A DNA stretch of 63,800 nucleotides, filler included, from Cercozoa sp. M6MM (Eukaryota; Protista; Endomyxa: Ascetosporea): the NCBI GenBank assembly GCA_040357565.1. It is 10 parts of 10 records of this genome, joined end to end, with 100 filler letters (N's around TTAATTAATTAA, not from the genome) between each part and the next. Parts side by side here need not be neighbours in the genome. Positions count along the whole stretch, not along the records: positions 13,541 to 33,252 come from JBDODJ010000204.1; positions 33,353 to 34,788 come from JBDODJ010002036.1; positions 34,889 to 36,914 come from JBDODJ010001861.1; 7 more parts are not named here. One strand, given 5' to 3'. The number at the start of each line of letters is the position of its first letter. Within the stretch, counting starts at the first letter, position 1. Under the pieces are notes generated by a model. The model ran no database searches, was not told where the DNA came from, and saw only the letters and a program-made list of their open reading frames with translations. Shown here in pieces: positions 24,320 to 36,183 of this stretch. The position numbers and the translations under genes are program-made.

Positions 24320-26572
24320 ATGAGGCTGTCAGTAGCCCCGATGGTGGACGTCAGTTCACTGGTATTGCGTTTTCCAGAATGTTGTTTTTGGTATTTGTCC
24401 TCGACCTTCTGACCCGTTGTGTCTCTGCAGTGGTTTCGGCACTTTCACCGAATTCTGAGTCCGCATGCAGAGGTGTACTCGCCGATGATGTGAGTTGCTT
24501 CCTCCTTGTGGTTTGTTGTTGTCTCTGTCTATCCACTGGGTCATGTAGTCACGCACGTGCCATCCTGCACGCACCCGACCGCATTCTGCCCACACTGAGC
24601 GACATCAATGACCCGCTGGTATTGTTGTTGCATTTGTTGTTATATCTGTTGTTGTATTTGCTTGCTGTTGTATTTGTTGTTGTTGTGGTTGCAGGTGGCC
24701 GTGCAGATCGCAGGCAACAATCCGACCGAGTTGTACGACGCCATCGTGTCGCTGTGTCACTTCGCCAAGTCGCTTGACAGGTGAGAAGTCTTACCTCTAT
24801 CATTCGTACACATAAATGTATACACATGTATAAATATGTCTCTATATTGCTATGTCGGCAGTGAAGCGGACACTTCGTCGATTCACATCAATCTCAACTG
24901 CGGCTGTCCTTCCGTGTACCAGTTTATACCCCAATATACCGGAATATCCTATGTGTGTATGTCTGATACAACAGCAAAGCAAACGACAGCGAGGCCGGCG
25001 CTGTTCTGATGCTGCCGGAGAAACAGTTCGCCAGCAAGACACTCGCCCCCTTAATGTATGTGATCATTCTCATTTATTGAATAGTAGATCAAGGCTTTGT
25101 CTAGGGAGCGAATAAGTCAGCTGGACAATGCGCCTCTTGTGACCGTGTACACATGCTTTTTGAACTGACCAAGTATAACTGTCTTATAGACTCAACTCTT
25201 CTTTTCAGCAAGTGTCGAACTGGCGCAGATGAGCACGATTCCTACGAGTACTTTCGACACTTTGTCGATGTAGTTTTGGCTTTTGTCCCTCCCTCCTGTT
25301 GCTGCCTGTGTGTTTATCTTTTTTTTTGCAGGAGTGCTCGGCGACAGGCGTCGACACTTTCATTGTGCACACGCGCAAGTGCTGTATTGCAGTCCTACAG
25401 TGTATGAGGCACAGCGCTCTTCAGATATTCTTGTGTTCGGCAGGGTTGAAGGGAGTCTCACCTCACCAGAATCGAACAGTTCCTGCTCTGACACGCGGCT
25501 ACTTGCACCGTCTCCGCGAGGGTACAATTTTGCTCCTTCTTGCACCAGTCCAGTGGATGTCGCTTGTGGGAAACAGAGCGACCTGAGTTGATCTTGCACA
25601 TGAACGGAGCTTTCAAAACGGTACGCGTGTCTCAAGGTGCACCTGCATGTTTTGCACTGTTGTGTGTGTGTGTGCTACTTAGATCCAACACATTCGTGAC
25701 AATTCACACGGCATGCAGGGTGTCATGTTCGGCCGATTGGGTACTTTGGTTCTTTTGTGTCTTTTTCTTTCGAATGGGTGTTGTGACAGCCCGTGAGGAC
25801 CCGTTTTTCTTTGCGCGCGTGTGTCGGCACTACCACAGCAGCGACAATTCTGACGAAGCTTTCGCTAGCGATGAACATGGTGATTTTTTCTTTGACGATA
25901 ACGTCGTTCTGCAGGAGATGGACTACCGCATTCGGGTGCATTTAAAATGATATCTTCTTGTCTTTTTTATGAGTATATTTAACAGATGTATGTTACAGGC
26001 CATGAAAGAGTACAGCAAGGTGCTGCGTGCGCACTTTTGCGACTTTGTGCGGCAGATGCGACCAGCTGCGTGGCGTAGGGACGTTGTCGAAGCACTCCGT
26101 CCTCTTTGGCATTGTGTACATTCCGTTGTTCCAGATGCGTCACTCCTGTGAGGAAGCTCGATGGGTTTGTGTTAACAGTCCAGAGGAATGAATCGAAAGA
26201 TGGATCACGGAAGGCCAGTTTGTACGTTGATATACACTTTGTCTTTTTAACTACAGTTTTCGAACAGTTTGAATGATGTCCACAGTCAAGAAGTCAGCGC
26301 GAACCTTCCTTGACACGTGTGCTCTGAATCCACCCAAGAATGTGAGTCAGTACATTTTCATTCTCTTGATCCATCATTGAGAGAATGTTGTTTTGTAGGT
26401 GCTGCTTCGATCGATGCAGAGCGAAAGTGTCGACGCTGAAGAGGCCGAGGAGGACCGCGAGTTGCTGGGCGATCTGCGGCATCCAGCCTCGATCGTTGAC
26501 GAAATATTCCTGCGGCAGCACTTTGTGCCCCTGCGCGACCGACTACGACAGCGTATCGAACTAGCGCAGTAG
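24320..26572 (+). CDS. dusA: tRNA-dihydrouridine synthase, DusA-like, many exons
   Basis: MRLSVAPMVD, QIAGNNP, INLNCGCP, KCRTGADEHDSYE, FIVHTRK, VSPHQNRTVP, NGAFKT, GVMFGR, PFFF. Confidence 0.85.
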
Positions 26573-26778
26573 ACTTTTGTTTCGCTCGCTAGTTCGCGTA
26601 GTGATTGCGCTCCGGTGGTCGGTCGTAATTTTAGCGAACGGAATTCGAAAACGAAAAGGACTGGAGCTAAACTTAAAATTTAGATTCACTTCAGTCAAGT
26701 TCCCGGAGTAGAACAAACCGAATTCAAAGAAACCGAACAGAAGACGAGACCCGGAACTAAGTTCCATTTAATTCGGAG

Positions 26779-27207
26779 CTAGCCCCAGACTTGTTGCGTG
26801 GCATACCAGATCTGGAGTTCGGGACCTGTGCCAAAGCACTGTGCACGCCACGGGAAGTATCGACAATACAAACTGGCTAAAAAAGCCCGAGCCAAAGACA
26901 AAAAACACAAACCGCATACAGGTCGCCAATCACTTGATCACTGTCGGGTTCAAAGCACTGTCGCAGATACAGAAACACGTCTTCCTCCTCTGTCTTTTTG
27001 AGTGCCCTTCGCAGGAAATCTTCGATCTACACAGATAAATTTACAATCATTCTTGGGCGGTGTTTGGTAGATTGAACGCACCGCGCGGAACTCTCGCTTT
27101 GAGTTGATTTTGAACTTTTTCTTGCTGAGTCGCGGCGCATTTCCGGCTGGCTGCAGGTGAATGATCACTGAGGCAGGGTCGGACTCCTCGCACTTCAAAT
27201 TCTCCAT
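26779..27207 (-). CDS. ATG12: Ubiquitin-like autophagy protein ATG12, 3 exons, C-terminal Gly intact
   Basis: VIIHLQPAGNAPRLSKKKFKI...|IEDFLRRAL...VFLYLRQCFEPDSDQVIGDLYA|CFGTGPELQIWYATQQVWG*. Confidence 0.92.
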
Positions 27208-27474
27208 CTTTCTGTGCACAATCGAGTTGACTTCTTCACAAAGACATCTGCAGTTACCTTGAAAGATATGGCAATCAGAGCCTACTATTAAACCTTTTAC
27301 ACAATTTACACGCTTCAGCACTTTACAAGCAAGACGGCAATGAGGATTTCGGCGAGACGGTGCTCTTTTTCGAAGAAATATTAAAAGACAGCAAATAGGC
27401 AGGAAACACGTCAAAACACCCCTTGGCAGTGCCTTCGCACACTTTGTGACGTTTATATTATTGTTGCGAACACC

Positions 27475-30132
27475 ATGAGCGATTGCACAAAGGGTAGCGC
27501 AGTCTGAATTCGTAGAAATTTCAAGTCTGATATTTGTGCGTTTCTCCAATCAAAAATTTCGAGGATTTTACTGCAGACTGCTGCGGTGTCGACGTCGAGG
27601 TTGAGCAGAAGCTTGACGTTTATGTGTTGTGCGCTGCGCGCGGTGTGTCGCAGCAGGCCACGGCCGTGTCGCTGGTCGAGTCGCTCCAGAAGCAGGGCAG
27701 CGGCGTCGCCGTCGTGCTGAACGAACTCATGGCCGGCGATGTCACTGACGCTGAGAAGAAGCAGCTGGACGAACTCGCCGAGTCGTTCCACGTTATCGAG
27801 GGTGCCCTTCTTTTTTTGGTGTTTAACACAAGGTGAAAGGGTATTTTCTTTATTTTTGGGCAGGCTGCTGCGTCCGCAGCGCTCCGGAGGACCTCATCGG
27901 TATTTTTGTGGAGCATTCTCGTAGTGACAACATTAAGGTAACTGTTTAAGCTGGATTTGGCGGTTTCGGCTTGCTGGGCTCTGATGAGTCGGAATTAATG
28001 TTTTTCCTGTTTCTTGCAGTCGGTTGTGGTGCTGGCGTCGCCTGCCTCGCTGCCGGCCGAGTTGGGTGCGCTTGTCGGCATCGATTGCGACAGTCTGTGC
28101 GTGCTGAAGGGCCTCGTCGGCATTGTCGACGGCGCCAGCTTCTGGACGACGCTGCAGGAGGGTATGCTGACTGTCTCGCAGTGTGCAAGCGGTATGTCAG
28201 GTCGTTTGCAGGCTCGTGTCTGGCCGACACGTACGGCGACAAGTTCGAGCAGGTCGCTCAGGTGACGCCGTTTGCCGATATGGGGTACCACAAGTCATTC
28301 TGCGTGTCGCACCCTTCACCAGAGTTACCGCATGGTGCCTCAGTGTGTCGCAACTGCTGGTGGACTCGTTCGAGGACGCGGCCGGCGTTGTGGTTCTCAA
28401 CAGCGACGCTGCCACGGTCGAAGCCGTCAAGGCGGTGGCTCCGCGCGAGGCTTTCGTTGTCACCTCGGTCGAGGCAGGTATTGTGATATCCGCCTAATAT
28501 TAAACTAAATTAAATAAAGTATCGTATAATATAGTAAAGTATAAATAAAATAGAATAAATTCTGTACTTGGGAACATGAGTCAATACAGTACATGAGAGT
28601 ACAAATACTATGCAACATTAATACGTATATATCTTTGTTTCTTTATTTCTTTGTTTATTTATTTATTGCCATATTTATTGATTGATCCGTTTACTAAAAC
28701 TGCAGGCGTCGAGGAGGTGCTGAAGGCAGCGTCGGCGATGTCGTGCTGCAAGAGCGAGGAGGACTGCAAGAAGCAGTGCGAGGACGAGCAGAAGGAGGAG
28801 GAGTGCTGCCAGCAGGGTGAGTGTCAGGAGGGAGGCAGCCAGGGCATCGAGATCGACTCGCTCATGCAGCAGTCGGGCTGGCTCGACCTGATCCGACTGG
28901 CCGAGTCGAGCGACGCCAGCCGCACGCTCGACGAGGAGGACGCCGCCGACGTGGCCGACATCGCCGCCAAGCGCGTCGTGGCCGGGCAGCACGTGCAGAC
29001 GCTGGTGTACCGGCGTCGGCGGCCCTTCGAGCCGGTGCGACTGCTGGAGGCGCTCGACGTGCTCACGGCGGCCGACTCGGGCGTGGTGCGTGCGCGCGGA
29101 TACCTGTGGCTCGCGTCGCACGACATGGCCATGACCATGTGGTCGCAGGTAGCCTGTCCCCTACCCCAGTGTCCCCTACCCCTGTGCCCCTACCTCTGTA
29201 TCCTCTGCCTCTCTGTCCTACCTCCATGTTACCTACCCCTCGGTGTGCAGTCGGGCTGCGACGTCGACTTTATGGCCGAGCAGCCGTGGTGGAGTGCGCT
29301 GCCGCGAGAGGAGTGGCCCTTCGACGAGCCGCAGATTGTCAGCAAGGTAACTCTGAGGCTGACCCCTGAGCCCTACCCTTAGTCCTTGCCCTCTGACCGC
29401 CCTTGATGTGTCAGATCATGGCCGACTTTGACGGCGAGTTTGGCGACCGTCGCCAGGAGATCTGCTTTGTGGTGCGCGACCTCGACGAGTCGATGCTGGT
29501 GTCGCTGCTGGACTCGTGTCTGCTCAACGATGAGGTACCGTATATATGTATATATGTATGTGTACATGCATTTATTTATTTTTTTCTTGTTTATTTGTTT
29601 ATTTATTCTGTTAATTTCTTTTTTTCTATTAATTTCTTTATTTGTTTATTTTGCTTTCTGTTTATTTTTCCTTACTTTGTTGGTTGTTGAGTACCCATAC
29701 ACATGTACACTTGGACAGGAGATGGCCTTGGGCGCCGAGAAGTGGGAGGAGAAGTACGGTGACGTGCCGTTCCCGGTCAAGATCGTGGTATGAACCTCGC
29801 TTCGACTTCTCACTGTACCTATGTGTGTCCTTGTAGACGGACGATGATGATGAGGACGAGGACGACATTATCGACACGGACAACATGACGCCGGTACCTT
29901 TTTTTTATCCTTCCATATCAGTCGTTTGGTGTGGTGTACCCCTCGATGGTTCCTCTCTCTGCAGGAGCAGCAGCGTGCACTGTTCCAGGCCATGACGGAA
30001 GGCCTGACGCCCGAGCAGTTTGCCGCCATTAAGGTGCGTCCTGTTTTCTTCTTGACGTCCTCTCAGAGTTTGTTGGGAGACATTCAAGTTTTTCTGCAGG
30101 CCGAGTTCGGTGGCGACTTTGCCTCGGAGTAA
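27475..30132 (+). CDS. COG0523/CobW-family (YciC/ZigA-like) metallochaperone homolog with degenerate GTPase motifs
   Basis: Clear CobW_C: VYRRRRPFEPVRL, VVRARGYLWLAS, WSQSG, PWWSALPREEWP, FGDRRQEICFV, LDSCLLNDEEMALG. The N-domain aligns by position but lacks GKT, ExxG and NKxD. Confidence 0.85.
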
Positions 30133-30635
30133 CGGTTGGAACACGCCAAACTAAACTAAAGCGGTTGGAACACGCCAAACCAACCATGTCGGAGCGGAAG
30201 GTAGGCCGCCGGGCAATGGCGTTGCGTTACGATTTAGTTAGTACCAGTTATTCTTCTATTTGACTCGGACATCGCGGGGTTTTCGAGGCAAAATCAGGAG
30301 TAAGGGGGAAACGAGGTGAAGGGGGTTAAGGGAACAGGGTAAGAAGGTAAAAAGGGAAGGATTAAGGGAGTAAAGGGGAAATTGGATAACCAACCAAACC
30401 ATAAATGTCCGGTGGCGAAAACATAAATGTTCAGACATGTTTCGGGGTCACAAATGTCAATGCACTAAGTTTATTCGTAGTCAGAGGTTGGGAGAAACGC
30501 CCTTTAATTTCTGTCGGTGGGTGAAGGAAAAATGGGGACCAGGTCAAGACGAAAGGGAAACCAGCGGACAGGTCAAGCAGATGACTGCAGGGTCCTCCAA
30601 TGCTAAGCATTGCAAGCAAACTTGCTCTGACTGCC

Positions 30636-32796
30636 ATGCGTTTGCTGCAGCTGACTTTGCTTGCTTCGATTCTGGGCGTGTGTCGCTCACAGACCCCACC
30701 AAGGTTACTCAAATTTTCAAACTCAGTACAATTTAAAGAAAGATACTCTGTATACGTATGTAGTGAGGGATGCGAGTGTACTTCAGCATCTCACCCAAAG
30801 TCTGGAACAGTTCTGGTATCTGAACGGCTGGGCTGCCATAGTTGGGGAGGTACGAGCATTCTATTCCTAGTTTAGCTGCTTTCATGGAAACACCTGTAGG
30901 AAGTTCTGCGTCACCTATCTGCTACGTGGTAGAGCCGCGGTAAAAACAACAACTTTAAGTTGCAAACAAGTATCGGAGTGAAGCAATTCGATACCTTCGA
31001 GTTAGGCTTTGCCCTGAAGCGCGGTTCTCGCTGTGGAAACCAGGCGCGGCCTATCGTCCTTGTACTCCTCCACTGCGACGCCCATGCGATTGCGTGAAAG
31101 ACGAGTATCCTTACTCGGGAGGTGCTTTGGTCAGTTCGCGACTCGGCTGCCAAGACTACGAAGGAACGGGTTCTGATATGTGCTATATTGTAACCCCGGC
31201 TCGGTGTCGGCGAACTGATGTCATTCGCAGCATTTGGCAACCGCGCGCTGCTCTACGGTTTGATAGAAATTCACAAGCTTTTTGTCACTCAACACTTTGC
31301 ACTATGTGTGCTACTGTAGACCCTGTTCGACGGAACCTGATCCAGGTTCAGGCCTCTTTCAGTTTAAACTGTCGTACTGATGCCTGCAAAACGATGATAC
31401 AACAATTTTGTGTACATGCAGATCCGTGTGCGTGCACAACTGAGGAGAACCCTTTCGCTCAAGGAATTGATACTTCCCCACGCACAGGTTGTGCTGTTCA
31501 TATCCCGGGCATTCAGAGCTTTTGGTACTTTCAAGCTTCCTGTGCTGGTATTTCTGCGCGTATCACGGAGAAAACTCGATATTTAGCTATGTTCGCGATC
31601 CAACGCGCTGCGCTCAAGCGCGTCCGTCAAACTGGAAAACAGGTCTTTCGTGGCGACCCTGGTGTGTCTCTTTAATCTGTCCTGTGTTATGCACACCCTA
31701 TAGTATTCTTCGTTGTGCAGCGACATTCCGCAACCAGATCCAGAACCGTGTGCGTGCACCACTGCGGAAAATCCTTTCGCTCAAGGCGTCGACACCACCC
31801 CGCGCACTGGCTGCGCAGTTCATATTCCGGGCTTACAGAGCTTCTGGTACGATTTTACTAGTAAAAGGAAGGGTAAAGTTAAAAGTTAAGGGGGGGGTAA
31901 CGGTAAAGGGAGGTGACTTCACATAAGCACCGTAAGTAAAACTGTTGTAAAAAACGATGCAGTTACGTTCGAGACCCAACACGATGCCCTGAAGCGCGTC
32001 CGTCGAACTGGAAGACAGGACTTTCGTGGCGACCTTGGTGCTTTCCTCATCAACGTTTGCAGCACTGTTATTTCACCTGCATGTATGATATTATCTTCCC
32101 ACAGTGACGTTCCGCAGCCAGGTAAAACAGTTCTAGCCTAGAACGACTACACCTGAGACACAATGTATACATACGTCTGTTTGCACAGACCCAGAGCCCT
32201 GTGCTTGCACCACTGCAGATAATCCGTTCGCTCAGGGCATAGATACTACCCCACGCACAGGCTGTGCAGTTCACATTCCGGGCATACAGAGCTTTTGGTA
32301 CTCTGCTTGTTTGCTTTCTTTGGACTGCCTGATTCAATTGTTCATTTCGCAGTTATGTTCGAGACCCGACACGCTGCCCCGAAGCGCGTCCGTCCGGCTG
32401 GAAAACAGGACTGTCGTGGCGACCCTGGTGCGTGTTTTTCATTCCAAACTTCGATACTCAGAGTCACGTGCTAGCACTTTTGAAATCTTACTGCGCCGAC
32501 ATGTAAACGAACAGCGATCCTCCACAACCAGATCCCCAGCCGTGCGCCTGCACGACCGCGGAAACCCCGTTTGCTGAGGGCAACATTGACACCACTCCGC
32601 GTACCGGTTGTGCTGTCCATATTCAGGGCTTTGAGCGCTTTTGGTATCTAGCACATCCCGTATAAGATTTCTATCCTGGTGACACTTGTCGTTTCTTCAA
32701 GGGATATTGTTTCATAGCTACGTCCGCGATCGCGAACGCTGCCCTCAAGCACGTCCGTCGAGCTGGAAACAAGGACTTGGCTGGCGCTCGTGTTAA
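30636..32796 (+). CDS. Secreted protein of six ~60-aa six-cysteine repeats
   Basis: Signal peptide MRLLQLTLLASILGVCRS; repeat consensus PCACTTxxNPFAQGxDTxPRTGCAVHIPGxQSFCYVRDPTRCxxARPSxWKTGLSWRPC; ends WRSC*. Confidence 0.85.
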
Positions 32797-33181
32797 CGTG
32801 AATTTAGTGGTGACTCCGAGACAAATTCTTTGAATGGCAGCGACGCACCGCGATACTGCACCTCGTCCAGGCTCAGGCGGGTGGCAGTCAACGCAAGTGG
32901 CGCGTTTCGTTCATAACTGAGGATACCTGAAAATGTACGACAGGCCAACTTCAATGGACTGAGACAATCGTATCGCCTGGTTGATTAATTTATTCTACAG
33001 TACTTACACTAAACACAGCCAAACTGCAAGATCGTTCCGGGCATAATGCTTTCTGCTATTCTAATTTGCCTACTCGGTTGTTCGCAAGGCGACACAGGTG
33101 CCGAAATGCCGAAAAATCCACTGGTTTGCGTACCCATAAGTTTATAAGTTTATATGCCGGTTTCTCCTTTCAAGGGGCCCG

Positions 33182-33247
<66 letters not shown>

Positions 33248-33352
33248 TACAGNNNNNNNNNNNNNNNNNNNNNNNNNNNNNNNNNNNNNNNNNNNNTTAA
33301 TTAATTAANNNNNNNNNNNNNNNNNNNNNNNNNNNNNNNNNNNNNNNNNNNN

Positions 33353-34788
33353 CCCCCCCCCCCCCGCAGGTCTGCAGCTGGGCGGGCGGCACGTGGAGTT
33401 CCTGATCTACTCGTCCAGCAACATCACCGAGTCGCACGCCGTCTGGCTGTCGGCGCGACTGGCGCCTGGTAGTACTCCCTCTACCTCCCTCTATCCTCCT
33501 ATATCCCCTCCCCTATACCCTTTACCCCCTATATCCCCTACCCCTATCCCCCTACCTCTATACCCCTATCCCCCCTATGTCCCCTCCCCCTATACCCCTA
33601 TACCCCCTATATCCCCTCCCCCTATATCCCCTACCCCTATATCCCCCTACCTCTATACCCCTCTACCCACCCTATATCCTCCTTAACCCCTCTATCCACC
33701 CTATATCGCCCTATACCCTCTTTTCCCCTCCCCCTTATCCCCTATACCCCCCTTACCCCCCTTTACCCCCCTTTCCTTTCAGAGGACAGCGCGATGAGGA
33801 TCCGCGAGGAGATCGGCGCCGTGGCACACGAGAACGAACCGGCCGGCAAGATCATGAAGCGGTACAGGCCCAGTTTGGACGGTCCAGTTTGGACGATCCA
33901 GTTTGGACGATCCAGTTAGGGAGACCAGACAGGTTATGCTTAAGTGGGTGCTGCAGGTACGGTCAGGCACTGTCGGACACTGTGCATGCTGCTTGGTACC
34001 TGCTGTCTTCACCCTCCTTTACCCCCCTGTTTACCCCCCTGTTTACCCCCCTGTTTACCCCCATGNNNNNNNNNNCCCCCCCCCCCCCGCAGGTCTGCAG
34101 CTGGGCGGGCGGCACGTGGAGTTCCTGATCTACTCGTCCAGCAACATCACCGAGTCGCACGCCGTCTGGCTGTCGGCGCGACTGGCGCCTGGTAGTACTC
34201 CCTCTACCTCCCTCTATCCTCCTATATCCCCTCCCCTATACCCTTTACCCCCTATATCCCCTACCCCTATCCCCCTACCTCTATACCCCTATCCCCCCTA
34301 TGTCCCCTCCCCCTATACCCCTATACCCCCTATATCCCCTCCCCCTATATCCCCTACCCCTATATCCCCCTACCTCTATACCCCTCTACCCACCCTATAT
34401 CCTCCTTAACCCCTCTATCCACCCTATATCGCCCTATACCCTCTTTTCCCCTCCCCCTTATCCCCTATACCCCCCTTACCCCCCTTTACCCCCCTTTCCT
34501 TTCAGAGGACAGCGCGATGAGGATCCGCGAGGAGATCGGCGCCGTGGCACACGAGAACGAACCGGCCGGCAAGATCATGAAGCGGTACAGGCCCAGTTTG
34601 GACGGTCCAGTTTGGACGATCCAGTTTGGACGATCCAGTTAGGGAGACCAGACAGGTTATGCTTAAGTGGGTGCTGCAGGTACGGTCAGGCACTGTCGGA
34701 CACTGTGCATGCTGCTTGGTACCTGCTGTCTTCACCCTCCTTTACCCCCCTGTTTACCCCCCTGTTTACCCCCCTGTTTACCCCCATG
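33353..34788. repeat. Exact 713-bp tandem duplication separated by 10 N (probable scaffolding artefact)
   Basis: 33353-34065 and 34076-34788 read identically. Confidence 0.85.
33370..33981 (+). CDS. Eukaryotic RNA-dependent RNA polymerase (RNAi RDR) internal fragment; identical second copy at about 34093-34704
   Basis: GLQLGGRHVEFLIYSSSNITESHAVWL|...IREEIG...AGKIMKR|YGQALSDT matches the RDR GxxIxxRxYxFLxxSxSxLR...WF...KxxxRxGQxFSxT region. Confidence 0.75.
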
Positions 34789-34936
34789 NNNNNNNNNNNN
34801 NNNNNNNNNNNNNNNNNNNNNNNNNNNNNNNNTTAATTAATTAANNNNNNNNNNNNNNNNNNNNNNNNNNNNNNNNNNNNNNNNNNNNAGCCCCTACCCC
34901 CCTCCCCTACCCCTACCCCCCCTACCCCCCCCCCAG

Positions 34937-35801
34937 ATGCAAGGTCGTTCCTTGTCGTCGGTGTCGCTGTTTTCGTCGGCGTCGTTGCCACTGGACGGAG
35001 GGAGTCAGCACCTCGGGTCCGAGCAGTCGGCACGTCCGCGCGGACAGCCTGTGGACGGCACCGTCACGGCCACGGCACGTGCCGCCGCACTCGCCGACTT
35101 TTTCGACGACGTCCTGTCGCGCAGGTGCTATGCCGTCTGTGTCCATGTCCGTATATGTCTATGTCTATGTCTGTATGGTATGTCTATGTCTATGTCTATG
35201 TCTGTATGTCTGTGTATCGCTACAGTATGTATGTATATCTACATATGTGCATAAATATACCAGTATATATAAGTATGTATGAATATACCTTTATGTATAT
35301 ATCTGTATGTATTTATAAATACACCTTGATAAATATACCTTGATAAATATACGTATATAATATACCTAATTGTATACCTATATCCTATATACCTATATGC
35401 CTAGTTGTATACCTGTATACCTAGATGTAGATATACTTGTATGTGTCTAAAGATACCTATATGTGTATGAGCATACCTATATGTGTATGAATAACCTATA
35501 TGTAAGTACAAAGACACCTATGTGTAAGTGTACCTTGAGATATGTGCGTGTGTGCGTGTGTGTGTGTGTGCAGCGACAGCGTGGCGCACGAGTTCGTCAC
35601 GCGCAGTCGCACCTCGCTCTTGCCGACCGCTGCGCCTCTGCGCCGCCGCCGCCACCAGGTAGTTCCGGCTACAAGTCGCTCCTACTGCTCAATCACTCGG
35701 CCTCTGTGTGTCCGCGCGGACAGGTCGAGCGGAGTGCCAGCGTCAAGTCTGCGGCCTCGCAGCAGCCGCGCGGCCAGCGACGACCGACAGCCGACAACTG
35801 A
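34937..35801 (+). CDS. 3' fragment of a hypothetical protein
   Basis: Three spliceable GC-rich exons ending ...RRPTADN*. Confidence 0.45.
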
Positions 35802-36183
35802 GAGCAGACTGATACATACCATACCGAGCACTCGCGCATCGCTTGCCGTGCACGTGTCACCTGTGTTGATGTTTCCTACGATGTAAAACAATATGCTAAG
35901 CACAGCTTAAGCGGCTAAGATTGCAGTTTCCTACGATGTAAAACATTATGCTAAGCACATTAAGCGGCTAAGATTGCCCAATGAAGCTAAATGCGCTGCG
36001 TAGTTTTGCCTGATTACGCTACACCGGTTCTCGGGGTGAACTGATGGTAGAGGTCGGCCAGGAACTCGGAACCGCAAATTCTGTTTTCCTTTTTGTGTAG
36101 TATGTTAAATCGTCAAAAAGAGGAAACCGAAGCTGCGCAGTGTAGGCAGACCTAGGCCTAGTCCGGGTAGTTTCCCAACGTGT

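Noticed and set aside
26110-26260. Possible GC-AG intron in DusA (AAG|gccagt...cag)
   Set aside because: An alternative all-GT-AG splicing also keeps the frame open; this cannot be decided without RNA-seq
31420-32790. Repeats with unique intervening sequences resembling a CRISPR-like array
   Set aside because: The repeats are coding exons of a Cys-rich protein and the spacers are GT-AG introns
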